From assembly GCA_017503375.1 (NCBI GenBank), contig JAFVTF010000001.1, positions 13,322-77,321 on the forward strand: DNA of 64,000 bases, given 5' to 3'. Position numbers and translations under genes: made by a program. The first letter of the stretch is position 1. Each line of letters opens with the position of its first letter. The notes beneath the pieces were generated by a model. That model saw nothing but the letters and a program-made list of their open reading frames with translations, had not been told where the DNA came from and ran no database searches. Origin of the DNA: Lentisphaeria bacterium. GTDB taxonomy: Bacteria > Verrucomicrobiota > Lentisphaeria > Victivallales > UBA1829. Below are positions 53,845 through 63,338 of the stretch, in pieces.

Positions 53845-54894
53845 ATGAAACTCCCTTCATTGAAAATCAGACACCTTGAATCGAAATATCCTGTGATACA
53901 GGCTGGTATGGGTGTAAAAGTCGGGTCCGCGGAACTTGCGGCTGCAGTCATCGAATGTGGCGGTTATGGAACGATTGCAAGCGTAGGTTTAGGAGATGTT
54001 GAACGCGGAAAGTATCATTTTGTAGAAGAATGCAACAATAAGTTTTCTGATGAAATACATCGCGCCCAGGCACGTTTGCAGGGGAAAAAGCCGCTGGGTG
54101 TCAATGTGATGGTTGCACTCTCCAATTATAAGGAGATTGTTGAAACTGCGGTAAAGGAAGGCGTTGATTTTATTATTTCCGGAGCCGGATTGCCGTTGAA
54201 TCTCCCGGAATTTGTCGGAGACGCCAATATTGCATTGATTCCTGTGGTTTCCAGCGCAAGAGCATTTGATCTTGTTTTGCGTACCTGGGAACGGAAATAC
54301 AACCGGAAACCGGATGCTGTTATTGTGGAAGGTCCCCGGAACGGCGGACATCTCGGATTTACGGAGGAGCAGCTTGCACATCCTGAAACCTGTTCTCTTG
54401 AGATTATATACAAAGAAATCAAAGCGGTTGCGGATGCTGCCGGATTGCCGGAACTTCCGATTATTGCCGCCGGAGAGGTTGCAAGCAGAGCCGATGTGGA
54501 AAAAATGCTCTCTTACGGCTATAATGGTGTGCAGGTCGGAACTTATTTCATTACAACAGAAGAAGCCGGAGTAGATGAAAAGAGCAAAATGGTATGGGTG
54601 AATGCAACAGAAAAAGATATTGTTGTGATCAAGAGCCCTGTCGGTCTTCCTGTCCGTGTGCTGAAGACCCCTCTGGTTGAACGTGTTATGACCGGAGAAA
54701 AGCAGCGTTTCACCTGCCCGTACCGTTGTTTGCGGTCCTGTAATCCCGCCAAATCTCTTTTCTGTATCGCCCGTGCACTGATTGCCACATATCAGGGCGA
54801 TGTTGAAAACGGACTTTATATGAGCGGCTGCAATGTTGGAGCCAGTACGAAGATCTTTCCTGTAAAAGAATTCTTTGATACGCTGGAAGATTGA
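53845..54894 (+). CDS. nitronate monooxygenase / NPD-family FMN oxidoreductase (FabK-like fold)
   Basis: Start at Met26. YPVIQAGMGVKVGSAELAAAVIECGGYGTIAS and IISGAGLP motifs. Cys-rich C-terminal insert FTCPYRCLRSCNP. Confidence 0.75.
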   Translation: MKLPSLKIRHLESKYPVIQAGMGVKVGSAELAAAVIECGGYGTIASVGLGDVERGKYHFVEECNNKFSDEIHRAQARLQGKKPLGVNVMVALSNYKEIVETAVKEGVDFIISGAGLPLNLPEFVGDANIALIPVVSSARAFDLVLRTWERKYNRKPDAVIVEGPRNGGHLGFTEEQLAHPETCSLEIIYKEIKAVADAAGLPELPIIAAGEVASRADVEKMLSYGYNGVQVGTYFITTEEAGVDEKSKMVWVNATEKDIVVIKSPVGLPVRVLKTPLVERVMTGEKQRFTCPYRCLRSCNPAKSLFCIARALIATYQGDVENGLYMSGCNVGASTKIFPVKEFFDTLED

Positions 54895-54912
54895 TCCGGG
54901 AGGTTTCCTGCG

Positions 54913-55848
54913 ATGTTGTCTGCAAAAAATCTGAATAAATCTTATGGGCAGAATAAGGTTCTGAACGGGTTGGATCTGGAAGTTGCTTCCGGTTCTGTTC
55001 TGGGTTTTATCGGGCCGAACGGAGCAGGAAAATCCACTGCAATGAAGATTATATGCGGGATTTTCCCGCCGGATTCCGGAGAGGTGAACGTTTCCGGAAT
55101 TGATATGCTGAAAGATCCTGTTTCTGCCAAGGAAAAATTGGGATATCTTCCGGAAAATGCGCCTCTTTACTCCGGAATGAGTGTGTCCGCTTTTTTGAAA
55201 TTCTGCGGAAGAATGCGCGGTTTGAGCGGGGCAGAACTGAAAAAATCTTATGAACGGGTTGTTGAGATTTGCCGTCTGAAAGACGTTTTGCGGATGGATG
55301 TGGATTCCCTTTCCAAGGGGTTCCGCCGCCGTACATGTCTGGCTCAATCTCTGATTCATCATCCGGAAAATCTGGTGCTGGATGAGCCGACAGACGGGTT
55401 GGACCCAGATCAGAAGCGGGAGATCCGTTCTCTGATTCTGGAATTGAAGCAGAATACGGCAGTTATTGTTTCCACTCATATATTGGAAGAGATTGGAGCT
55501 GTCTGCGATCATGTTCTTGCGATCCGTCAGGGCCGGGCTGTTTTTTACGGAACTGCGTCAGAGTTCCGCAAACTTTCATCTGATGAAGGCGCAGTCTGTC
55601 TGAAACTGGAACCGTCAGCTGATCCTGCAGAATTTGAGCATTTGACAGAAGCTGCATCTTGCACGTTCTGCCGGGAACCGGGATATATTACTTTAAAAAT
55701 ACAACCTTTGCCCGGAATGGAAAAGGTTCTGGTATCCGCAGCACTTTCTTTTGCCGCATCCCGGAATTACCGTGTGTTGGAATGTGATATTCTCCACGCT
55801 GATCCGGGAGAAATTTTTGCCAGACTGGGCAACGGAGGGGATTTATGA
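54913..55848 (+). CDS. ABC transporter ATP-binding protein (GldA-like)
   Basis: Walker A GPNGAGKST, signature LSKGFRRR, and Walker B LVLDEPTDGLD. Confidence 0.88.
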   Translation: MLSAKNLNKSYGQNKVLNGLDLEVASGSVLGFIGPNGAGKSTAMKIICGIFPPDSGEVNVSGIDMLKDPVSAKEKLGYLPENAPLYSGMSVSAFLKFCGRMRGLSGAELKKSYERVVEICRLKDVLRMDVDSLSKGFRRRTCLAQSLIHHPENLVLDEPTDGLDPDQKREIRSLILELKQNTAVIVSTHILEEIGAVCDHVLAIRQGRAVFYGTASEFRKLSSDEGAVCLKLEPSADPAEFEHLTEAASCTFCREPGYITLKIQPLPGMEKVLVSAALSFAASRNYRVLECDILHADPGEIFARLGNGGDL

Positions 55849-58493
55849 TGCTGAGACGTTTTTTTGCGATTGTGAGGAAAGAGCTGTCACTCGCTGCGGC
55901 ATCTCCGGCAGCATGGGTTTTCCTGGTTATATTTCTTGTGTTATCCGCCTTCTGTGCATTTGTTGCCAGCGGGATTTTTGCTTCCGGACAGGCGGACCTT
56001 GCACTGTTTTTTGACTGGATGCCGTGGCTGTTTCTGCTGATTGTTCCTGCTTTGGCAATGCCCATGTGGTCAGAAGAACGGCGTTTGGGAGTTTTTGAGC
56101 TGACACTTTCATTTCCTGCGTCTCCGTGGGAGATGGTATTCGGAAAGTTTTTTGCCGGGGCGGTGCTGCTGACACTTGCGCTTTTGCTGACATTTCCGGT
56201 TCCGGTTACCGCAATTGTGCTGGGGGAACCGGATATCGGAGCGATTTTCTGCGGTTATGCAGGGGCATTGCTTCTCGGATGTGCGTACCTTTCCATGGCA
56301 TCATTTTGTTCCGCTGTTTCCAAAAGTCAGACAGCCAGCTTTCTGTTATCAGTTTTTCTGTGCGGTTTTTTCCTGTTTGCAGGATGGGCAAGGGTTACGG
56401 ATTTGCTGGCGTTGTGGCTGCCGCAGGGGATTGTTCACGCGATTTCCTCCTGTTCCTTCCTGTCGAATTACAGAGCTTTTCAGAAAGGGCTGGTTGACTC
56501 ATCTGAGTTGATTTATGCGGTTTCCATTACCGGATTTTTCCTTTCTCTCACCTGGTTTACTCTGGAATTTGCAGCGGCTGTTCCGAGCGGGCTTTTTTCT
56601 GCCGGAATTCTGAAAAACCGTGCCAGCCGCTGTGCGCTGGGCAGATTTTGTCTGCGTTTTCTCTGGATTCTGATTGTAAGTATCTCATGTATTGTGACCG
56701 GTCATGTCTGGAAGTACCGGATGGATATCAGCAGTGACCGGGCATATTCCATATCTCCTGTTTCCAGGGAGCTGGCTGCCGGATTGGAAAATCCTGTGCT
56801 GCTCCGTTTTTATGCTTCCCGTTCCGGGAAGACGATGCTTCCGGTTCTGAAAAAGTACGCAGACCGTGTGGAGTGGCTTTTGCGGGAATTTGAATCTGCC
56901 GGGAAGGGAAAAATCATTCTTGAGATAGTTGACCCTGCGGAGAATCCGGTTTATGAAGAGGCTGCATCTCTTGATGGATGTACAGCCTTATCGGACCCGA
57001 CAGGGGAACAGTCATATCTTGGAATTTCAGCTTCCTGCGGAGCAAAAACGCAGGTGATTCCGTATCTTACACCCCGTCACGAGGCGCAGCTGGAATATGA
57101 AATCGCCCGGATCGTTCAGAATGTTTCCCGGAAAGTCCGTCCGGTAATCGGCGTTATGTCACCGCTGCCGGTCTTTGGAAAGAAGCCGGATTTTACGGCT
57201 CAATTCCGTCAGGTTCAGCAGGAGACTGTAACGATAGATCCGCCCTGGTATGTGATTTCCGAATTGATGAAAGAGTATCAGGTTGTTCAGGTTCCGATGG
57301 ATGCTCCGGAAATTCCGGCAGAAATTCAATCACTCATCGTGATTCATCCGTCCGGAATTTTGTCACGGACACAGTTTGCATTGGATCAGTTTGTTCTCCG
57401 CGGAGGCAATCTGGCAGTATTTGCTGATCCCCGTTCATTTTATGCGGTATTGAAATCCAAAAAAGAATATTCCATGCTGGAACTGTTCAAATCGGATTTG
57501 GAACCGCTTTTCCGGAGCTGGGGAGTGACATACCGTCCGGAATTTATTGTGGCTGATATGGTTTCAGCCTATCGCAGCAATTTGCCGGACCGGATTATTA
57601 CGAATCCGACCGTTCTGAATCTTCAGAAGGCACGTTTTTCCGGAAGTTCACCGGAAACCTCAGATTTGAATCATATTTCCATGTATTTTGCCGGAAGTTT
57701 TCTTGTGGAAAAACGTGATGGCATAAAGAGTCGGGTTCTGCTTGCGACTTCGCCTGAAACCCAGATTGTCAGTGCGGAAGTCACCCGTCCGGAATTGATT
57801 CTGCGCCGGTTCAAAGCCAGCGGAGAAAAATATCCGTTGGCCGTTTGTCTGGAAGGAAAATTTGTATCAGCTTTTCCGAAAGGAGCTCCTGATCCTACTG
57901 CTCTGCAGAAAAATGCCGTCATTCTGAAAAAATCCAAAAAAGACAGCAGAATTTATCTTTTCTCTGATTCCGATATGCTGTTCAACGATGTTTGTATTGC
58001 AAAGGTTCCGGATGTGACCGGACAGCCGATTTGGGCTCCTTCCTGTGATAACGTGACCTTGTTGCTGAATGTTGCGGATGAATTGACGGGACAGCGTTCT
58101 CTTGCAAAAGTCCGGAGCCGGATTCCCATGAGCCGTCCGCTGACCCGCTTCAATGAAATCAAGGCTGAAGCCGAACTCCGGTACAGAGATAAAATATTGA
58201 AAGCGGAAAAAGAATATCTGGTATCGACCAGACGGATTCAGCAGATGAAGCAGATTCTCCGGGTCCGTCCGTCTCAGGAAATGATGCGTCAAATCCGGAC
58301 AGAGGAAAGCATAAACAAGGCTGCCCGTCATGAATTGAATCTGCTGCGTCACTCTCTGCGGACTGAACTGGAACAGCTGGAGACACGGATCAAGATCATT
58401 AATCTGGTTGTGATTCCGGGACTGGTTGCCCTGTTTGGAATCCTCTATGCCGTGATCCGTCACAGTGTTATGACAAGGAGAAGTGAATCATGA
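55845..58493 (+). CDS. ABC-2 permease (GldF-like) fused to a GldG-like domain
   Basis: 882 aa. The N-terminal ~240 aa form a 6-TM ABC-2-type permease. The remainder is a GldG-type 'ABC-type uncharacterized transport system' region ending in a C-terminal TM helix (LVVIPGLVALFGILYAVI). 4-nt overlap with the ATPase gene. Confidence 0.75.
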   Translation: MMLRRFFAIVRKELSLAAASPAAWVFLVIFLVLSAFCAFVASGIFASGQADLALFFDWMPWLFLLIVPALAMPMWSEERRLGVFELTLSFPASPWEMVFGKFFAGAVLLTLALLLTFPVPVTAIVLGEPDIGAIFCGYAGALLLGCAYLSMASFCSAVSKSQTASFLLSVFLCGFFLFAGWARVTDLLALWLPQGIVHAISSCSFLSNYRAFQKGLVDSSELIYAVSITGFFLSLTWFTLEFAAAVPSGLFSAGILKNRASRCALGRFCLRFLWILIVSISCIVTGHVWKYRMDISSDRAYSISPVSRELAAGLENPVLLRFYASRSGKTMLPVLKKYADRVEWLLREFESAGKGKIILEIVDPAENPVYEEAASLDGCTALSDPTGEQSYLGISASCGAKTQVIPYLTPRHEAQLEYEIARIVQNVSRKVRPVIGVMSPLPVFGKKPDFTAQFRQVQQETVTIDPPWYVISELMKEYQVVQVPMDAPEIPAEIQSLIVIHPSGILSRTQFALDQFVLRGGNLAVFADPRSFYAVLKSKKEYSMLELFKSDLEPLFRSWGVTYRPEFIVADMVSAYRSNLPDRIITNPTVLNLQKARFSGSSPETSDLNHISMYFAGSFLVEKRDGIKSRVLLATSPETQIVSAEVTRPELILRRFKASGEKYPLAVCLEGKFVSAFPKGAPDPTALQKNAVILKKSKKDSRIYLFSDSDMLFNDVCIAKVPDVTGQPIWAPSCDNVTLLLNVADELTGQRSLAKVRSRIPMSRPLTRFNEIKAEAELRYRDKILKAEKEYLVSTRRIQQMKQILRVRPSQEMMRQIRTEESINKAARHELNLLRHSLRTELEQLETRIKIINLVVIPGLVALFGILYAVIRHSVMTRRSES

Positions 58494-59542
58494 AAACAGA
58501 CCGTGGATTTATTGTAAAAACAGTGATATGTCTTCTCTTTGCAGTCGTTGCGGGAGTTTCTCTGATGTTCCGGCACAGCCGGAAAGAGAATGTGAATCTT
58601 TCCATGAAAGGTTTGCTGAAGGAGTTCAGTTCTGAGGCACCTGCAGAGATCTGTATTTCATGGAAAGCAAATGTAACAACATTGGTTTTGACGGATGGCG
58701 TTTGGAGAGTGAAAGAGCGGGGCGGACATGCTGCTGATACCGCAAAAGTTTCCCGGCTGATTGAGGAATTGCAGAAAATCCGTCCTTTGCGTTGTGCTGT
58801 TCCGGCAGATGAAGCAACATGTTCGTTGCTCCGGGTCAGACCGGAAGAAAAAGAGCAGGGAAAGATTCCCGGTGTCCGCATCAGAATAACGGATAAAAAT
58901 CAAAATACATTGCGAGATATTGTTCTCGGAGCAGGATATTTCAATGAAACAGAGATAGTTATGCCCGGAAAAGAGCCGGAACCTGCCGGACGTTGGATGG
59001 GAATTCTTCAGAAAGACGGTTCCGTTGTTCCTGTGTTGATATCCCGGATGTTTGAAGAGTTTACTCCCGTTCCGGGAAGCTGGATGTCATCGCCAGTTTT
59101 TGATAAGATCAACCAGCTTGTCCGGATTGAATATGAATCCGGGAAAAAGACAGCTTGGATGATTGGCCGTTTTTCAGTAAAAGCTCCTTTTGAGAGTATT
59201 ATTCCCGGAAAAGCTTCTGTATCTCAGCAGAAGCTGAATGTATTGGCAAATATTCTTTCACAGCGGTATACGTTTGAAGGAACCCGCGAAAAGGATGCCG
59301 GGAAATTGAATTACATTGGGAAATTGGAAACGCTGGACAGTACCGGATTTGTCCGTACGCTGTCGTTTTACAGAGCTGACAAAGTGAAGGGCGGAGTCCT
59401 TTGCAAAGTCAGTGCAGCAGAACGAAAGAACAAAACAGACAGAACTCGTGTGGATTCTTTTACGAAAGGGCGCGACGGCTGGCTGTATGTGATTCCGGAA
59501 AAAGTTTTTGAAAAGATAAAAACAAATCCTGCAGGAGATTAA
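58490..59542 (+). CDS. DUF4340-like membrane-anchored protein
   Basis: 350 aa with an N-terminal TM helix (VKTVICLLFAVVAGVSLMF). Position directly after a GldG-like gene is the usual DUF4340 context. 4-nt overlap. Confidence 0.55.
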   Translation: MKTDRGFIVKTVICLLFAVVAGVSLMFRHSRKENVNLSMKGLLKEFSSEAPAEICISWKANVTTLVLTDGVWRVKERGGHAADTAKVSRLIEELQKIRPLRCAVPADEATCSLLRVRPEEKEQGKIPGVRIRITDKNQNTLRDIVLGAGYFNETEIVMPGKEPEPAGRWMGILQKDGSVVPVLISRMFEEFTPVPGSWMSSPVFDKINQLVRIEYESGKKTAWMIGRFSVKAPFESIIPGKASVSQQKLNVLANILSQRYTFEGTREKDAGKLNYIGKLETLDSTGFVRTLSFYRADKVKGGVLCKVSAAERKNKTDRTRVDSFTKGRDGWLYVIPEKVFEKIKTNPAGD

Positions 59543-59545
59543 AAT

Positions 59546-60127
59546 ATGATTCATCTTTTGAATGCGGTGGATTGCCGCTTATGCGATGTGATTGATGTTT
59601 CACCCTGGAAACGGGTGGAATTGGATTTAGGGTGCGGCAGCGGTGGTTTTTCCATTAACCTTGCCTCACACAATCCCGGAACGCTTGTAATGGCGGCAGA
59701 TGTTATGCTGGGCAGATTGCGGAAAGTCGAAAAATTGGGCAAACGCGCCGGACTGAACAATCTGGAACTGCTCCGTGTGGAAGGCCGTCATCTGACAGGT
59801 CGGATTTTGCCGGATGGATGTCTTGACCGGATTCATATTCTCTGTCCGGACCCATGGCCGAAACACAAACACAAAGGGAACCGCCTCATGTCATCCGAAT
59901 TCATGATGTCGCTCCGGCGTATTTTGAAAGAAGATGGTGTTCTTCATTTTGCAACGGATGATCCGCGGTATATGAATGCAACTCTGGAGAATATCCGCAC
60001 ATCGGGACTTTTTGAACAGCTGCCGGATGATGCTCTGGCAGACGTTTCCGGTTTTAAAACGGAATTTGAAAAGGATTGGCTTGCCGTCGGAAGAACAGTT
60101 CCGCATGTCGCTTTCCGTCCGAAATAA
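59546..60127 (+). CDS. trmB: tRNA (guanine-N7)-methyltransferase
   Basis: LDLGCGSGGFSINLA (SAM motif) and HILCPDPWPKHKHKGNRL. Confidence 0.88.
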   Translation: MIHLLNAVDCRLCDVIDVSPWKRVELDLGCGSGGFSINLASHNPGTLVMAADVMLGRLRKVEKLGKRAGLNNLELLRVEGRHLTGRILPDGCLDRIHILCPDPWPKHKHKGNRLMSSEFMMSLRRILKEDGVLHFATDDPRYMNATLENIRTSGLFEQLPDDALADVSGFKTEFEKDWLAVGRTVPHVAFRPK

Positions 60128-60181
60128 TTGATTTTAAGGTCTTTTTTTTGTAAAATATGACCAAAATATCAAAATAATGAT

Positions 60182-60210
60182 TTGACAATTTATGGATTGC
60201 GGTGTATTTT
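60182..60210 (+). promoter_or_regulatory. candidate promoter of the SPFH gene cluster
   Basis: TTGACA - 17 nt - TATTTT, about 95 nt upstream of the ATG at 60306. Confidence 0.35.
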
Positions 60211-60305
60211 GCGGTGATTGATAGAACGTTTTCATTCGTTGTATTGTCATGAAAAGTTGAAAAGTAGTCTGAAAACAAGAACATAGAAAACCGAACAGGA
60301 GAAAA

Positions 60306-62270
60306 ATGGCTGACGGAATTTCAAATTATGCAGGGAGCAGTGAGCGTTCCAAAATAGCAATGAGACTTGCAATTGCAGCTCTTGTGGAAGCACTGTTTTT
60401 TACCATTTTGGCTTTAATAGCCGGATTTGGAAATGGGTGGAGCGGATTGGGAACATTTACGCTGGGTGCGCTGCCCTTCGGAGTTGCTGCAATTTTCAGT
60501 GTTGCCGCAATTTTTTACGGAATGTTGTCCGGAAGTGCCGCGGAAGAAGAGTATGAAAAAGAGCTGTTGAAGAAACGGAAAGAAAATCATCACAGTTTGA
60601 TGGATGTTTCAGAAGATGTCCGTTTCACTTCGGGAAGAACTTTTTCAAATTATGTCAAATATGCTCCGCAGGCGTTCTGTGCGATTGCCTTTCTGTTTGT
60701 TGTATTGAGTCTCTGGAAAGCATATATTACTCCGGCGGCTTATGGTGAAGCCGGTCTTCCGGTTGCCCAGAACCCCATGACACTTGCATTTGTCTGTATT
60801 ATTTCAGCAGCGGTAGCCCTTTTTACCGGGATGTTCTTTTCCGGACAGAGCCGTATTGCTGAATTCCGCTGGCTGCGTCCGATAGGAGCCTGGCTTGTTG
60901 CCGGTGCGTTTATCTGGCTGCTTGCATCGGTGACATCTGTTGCAGCTCATTACGGAAACAAAGGTTGGGATCTTCCTGTTGCAAAATTCGTTTTCGGAAT
61001 TCTGGTTGTTCTTTGTGCTGAATTCGTTTTCAACTTTGTTGCAGAATTTTACCGTCCGCGAACTCAGTTGGAGGACCGCCCTGTTCACGAAAGCCGTCTG
61101 TTGGCGGTTTTCATTGATCCGGGCAGCATTGCAAAGAATATTGCAAATATGCTTGATTATCAGTTTGGGTTCAAGGTTTCCGGAACCTGGCTGTTCCAGA
61201 AGTTCTGCAAAGTCGCTCTGCCGGCAATTTTTGTATGGCTTGCAGTTCTGTGGCTTTTTACTTGTATCGGAGAAGTCGGTCCCGGAGAATTGGGAATCAA
61301 GACCCGTTTCGGGAAACTTGTTTGTGAAAAACCGCTGCAGCCCGGGATTTATTTCAAACTTCCCTGGCCCTGCGATCAGATTTACCGTATCAAGGTCGAT
61401 GAGCCCCGGACCGTTACGATCGGTGTGGAAAAAACTGATGTCGCCGGAGCAGAAGCCAAACCTGCCCAGACAACCATTCTCTGGACCAAGGAACATGAAG
61501 AAGGGGAAATGCCGTTCCTTGTTGCAAACAGTGTGACAGCTCCTGCCAAAAAGTCTGCCGGAAAAGATTCTTCCAGTCAGGACCTCGGCAATGCCGTTTC
61601 TCTGTTGAATGCAGTTCTTCCCGTAACATATAAAGTTGATGAGAATAAAGTGATGGATTATTTCCTGAATTTCCGGGATGTAAACCGTGCGCTTAACGAT
61701 CTGGGAACTCAGGAAGCTACAATTTATTTCGCCAGCACAGATTTCACCGAAGATTTGTCTGTTGGCCGTATCAGTATTACAAAGAATCTTGCGGCAAGAA
61801 TTCAGAAACGTGCTGATGCACTGGGATTGGGAATTAAAATCCTGAGCGTTGATTTGAATGGAACTCATCCGCCTGTCAAAGATGTTGCTTCTGCTTTCCA
61901 GGGCGTTTTCATCGCGGAACAGAAGATGAATACAGAAATTGAAAAAGCTGAATCTTATAAACTGGAAAAAGAGGCAGCTGCAAAGATTGAAGAAATGAAG
62001 ATCCTTCAGGAAGCAAAGACTTACAGCTATAAAGTTTCCAATGTCTCCGCTTCCGAAGCTCAGGAATTCATCAGTAAACTCAGAGCCTATAATGCAATGC
62101 CCGCAATGTTCAAACTGCGGACCTATCTGAGTTTCCTTGAAACAGATTGCGCCAACATGAGAAAGTATATCATATCGTCAGCGATTCCGTATCAAATTCT
62201 GGAACTCAATGCGGAAGAAAAAGCTCGTCTTGACCTCATTGATGCTGATCTCGGCGGTGAAATCAACTGA
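60306..62270 (+). CDS. polytopic membrane protein with C-terminal SPFH/band-7 domain
   Basis: 654 aa with about 8 N-terminal TM helices, then ELGIKTRFGKLVCEKPLQPGIYFKLPWPCDQIYRI (SPFH start) and a coiled-coil tail. Confidence 0.75.
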   Translation: MADGISNYAGSSERSKIAMRLAIAALVEALFFTILALIAGFGNGWSGLGTFTLGALPFGVAAIFSVAAIFYGMLSGSAAEEEYEKELLKKRKENHHSLMDVSEDVRFTSGRTFSNYVKYAPQAFCAIAFLFVVLSLWKAYITPAAYGEAGLPVAQNPMTLAFVCIISAAVALFTGMFFSGQSRIAEFRWLRPIGAWLVAGAFIWLLASVTSVAAHYGNKGWDLPVAKFVFGILVVLCAEFVFNFVAEFYRPRTQLEDRPVHESRLLAVFIDPGSIAKNIANMLDYQFGFKVSGTWLFQKFCKVALPAIFVWLAVLWLFTCIGEVGPGELGIKTRFGKLVCEKPLQPGIYFKLPWPCDQIYRIKVDEPRTVTIGVEKTDVAGAEAKPAQTTILWTKEHEEGEMPFLVANSVTAPAKKSAGKDSSSQDLGNAVSLLNAVLPVTYKVDENKVMDYFLNFRDVNRALNDLGTQEATIYFASTDFTEDLSVGRISITKNLAARIQKRADALGLGIKILSVDLNGTHPPVKDVASAFQGVFIAEQKMNTEIEKAESYKLEKEAAAKIEEMKILQEAKTYSYKVSNVSASEAQEFISKLRAYNAMPAMFKLRTYLSFLETDCANMRKYIISSAIPYQILELNAEEKARLDLIDADLGGEIN

Positions 62271-62307
62271 AAATAACAAAAATAAAATAAATACAGGAGT
62301 CTGAAAA

Positions 62308-63315
62308 ATGTCCGAAACATGCTGCGGTCACAATCATGATCACAAAGGATGCACTTGTGAACATGAACACGATCATCACGAAACAGAAATCAAACAGAAG
62401 AAGCACGTGAATATCCCCATTATGCTGCTGGGATTTGCGGTTGCTGCGATTTTCCTGATTGCAATCTTCTCCTATCAAGTGGCAACAACGGAACAGGCTG
62501 TTGTGATTACTTTAGGTAAAATCGATGCCAATGTAAGACAGCCCGGACTGCATTTCCGCTGGCCGTATCCGATTCAGAAAGTTATGAAATATGATACCCG
62601 CTTGAGATGCTATGATGGAAATATCGGAAAACTGGAAGAAACTCCGACCAGTGATGGAAAAAACATTACCGTTTCCATTTATTCTGTCTTCCGGATCAAG
62701 GATCTGATTAAATTCCAGAGCGCAGGCGGCAGTATTGCAACTGCTGAAAATCAGCTCGGAATTCTGATGCGTTCCGCAAAGGGAGCGATCATCGGTAAAT
62801 TCAGTTTTGATCAGCTGGTGAACTCCGATCCCAAAAAGATCCGTATCGCTGCAATGGAAAAAGAAATGCTTGACATGGTTGCCCCCAGTGCAGCAGACCA
62901 GTACGGTTTGGAAGTTATTTCCGTGAATATCCGCACAATCGGTGTTCCCGATGAACCTGCTAAAGCTATCGCAGAACGTATGATCTCTGAACGCAAGACC
63001 GAAGCTGAAAAATATAAGAGCCAGGGTGAAGTTCAGGCAAAAGAAATCATGACAAAGGCTGACAATGACCGTATGAATATTCTGACACAGGCAGAAGCTG
63101 AAGCCAAGAAGATCCGTGCGGAAGGTGATTCCGAAGCTGCAAAACACTATGCTGTATTCAGTCAGAATCCCGAATTGGCAATTTTCCTCCGGAAACTGGA
63201 ATCTATGAAACGTCTGATGGGAAATCGGACGACCCTGATCCTCGATACAAACTATGCTCCGTTTGATATTTTGAAATACGGAACTTCTCTCAACGGCGAA
63301 GCTGCGAAGAAATAA
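62308..63315 (+). CDS. SPFH/band-7 (HflC-like) protein with His/Cys-rich N-terminus
   Basis: MSETCCGHNHDHKGCTCEHEHDHHE, then a TM helix, then QAVVITLGKIDANVRQPGLHFRWPYPIQKV (SPFH) and an AEAEAKKIRAEGD coiled coil. Confidence 0.8.
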   Translation: MSETCCGHNHDHKGCTCEHEHDHHETEIKQKKHVNIPIMLLGFAVAAIFLIAIFSYQVATTEQAVVITLGKIDANVRQPGLHFRWPYPIQKVMKYDTRLRCYDGNIGKLEETPTSDGKNITVSIYSVFRIKDLIKFQSAGGSIATAENQLGILMRSAKGAIIGKFSFDQLVNSDPKKIRIAAMEKEMLDMVAPSAADQYGLEVISVNIRTIGVPDEPAKAIAERMISERKTEAEKYKSQGEVQAKEIMTKADNDRMNILTQAEAEAKKIRAEGDSEAAKHYAVFSQNPELAIFLRKLESMKRLMGNRTTLILDTNYAPFDILKYGTSLNGEAAKK

Positions 63316-63338
63316 CCCTTCCGACGGAGAACTCTATT

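Noticed and set aside
53989-55512. 507-aa ORF antisense to the NPD-family oxidoreductase and ABC ATPase genes
   Set aside because: The same antisense-frame artefact. The sense genes carry Walker A/B and FMN-oxidoreductase motifs.
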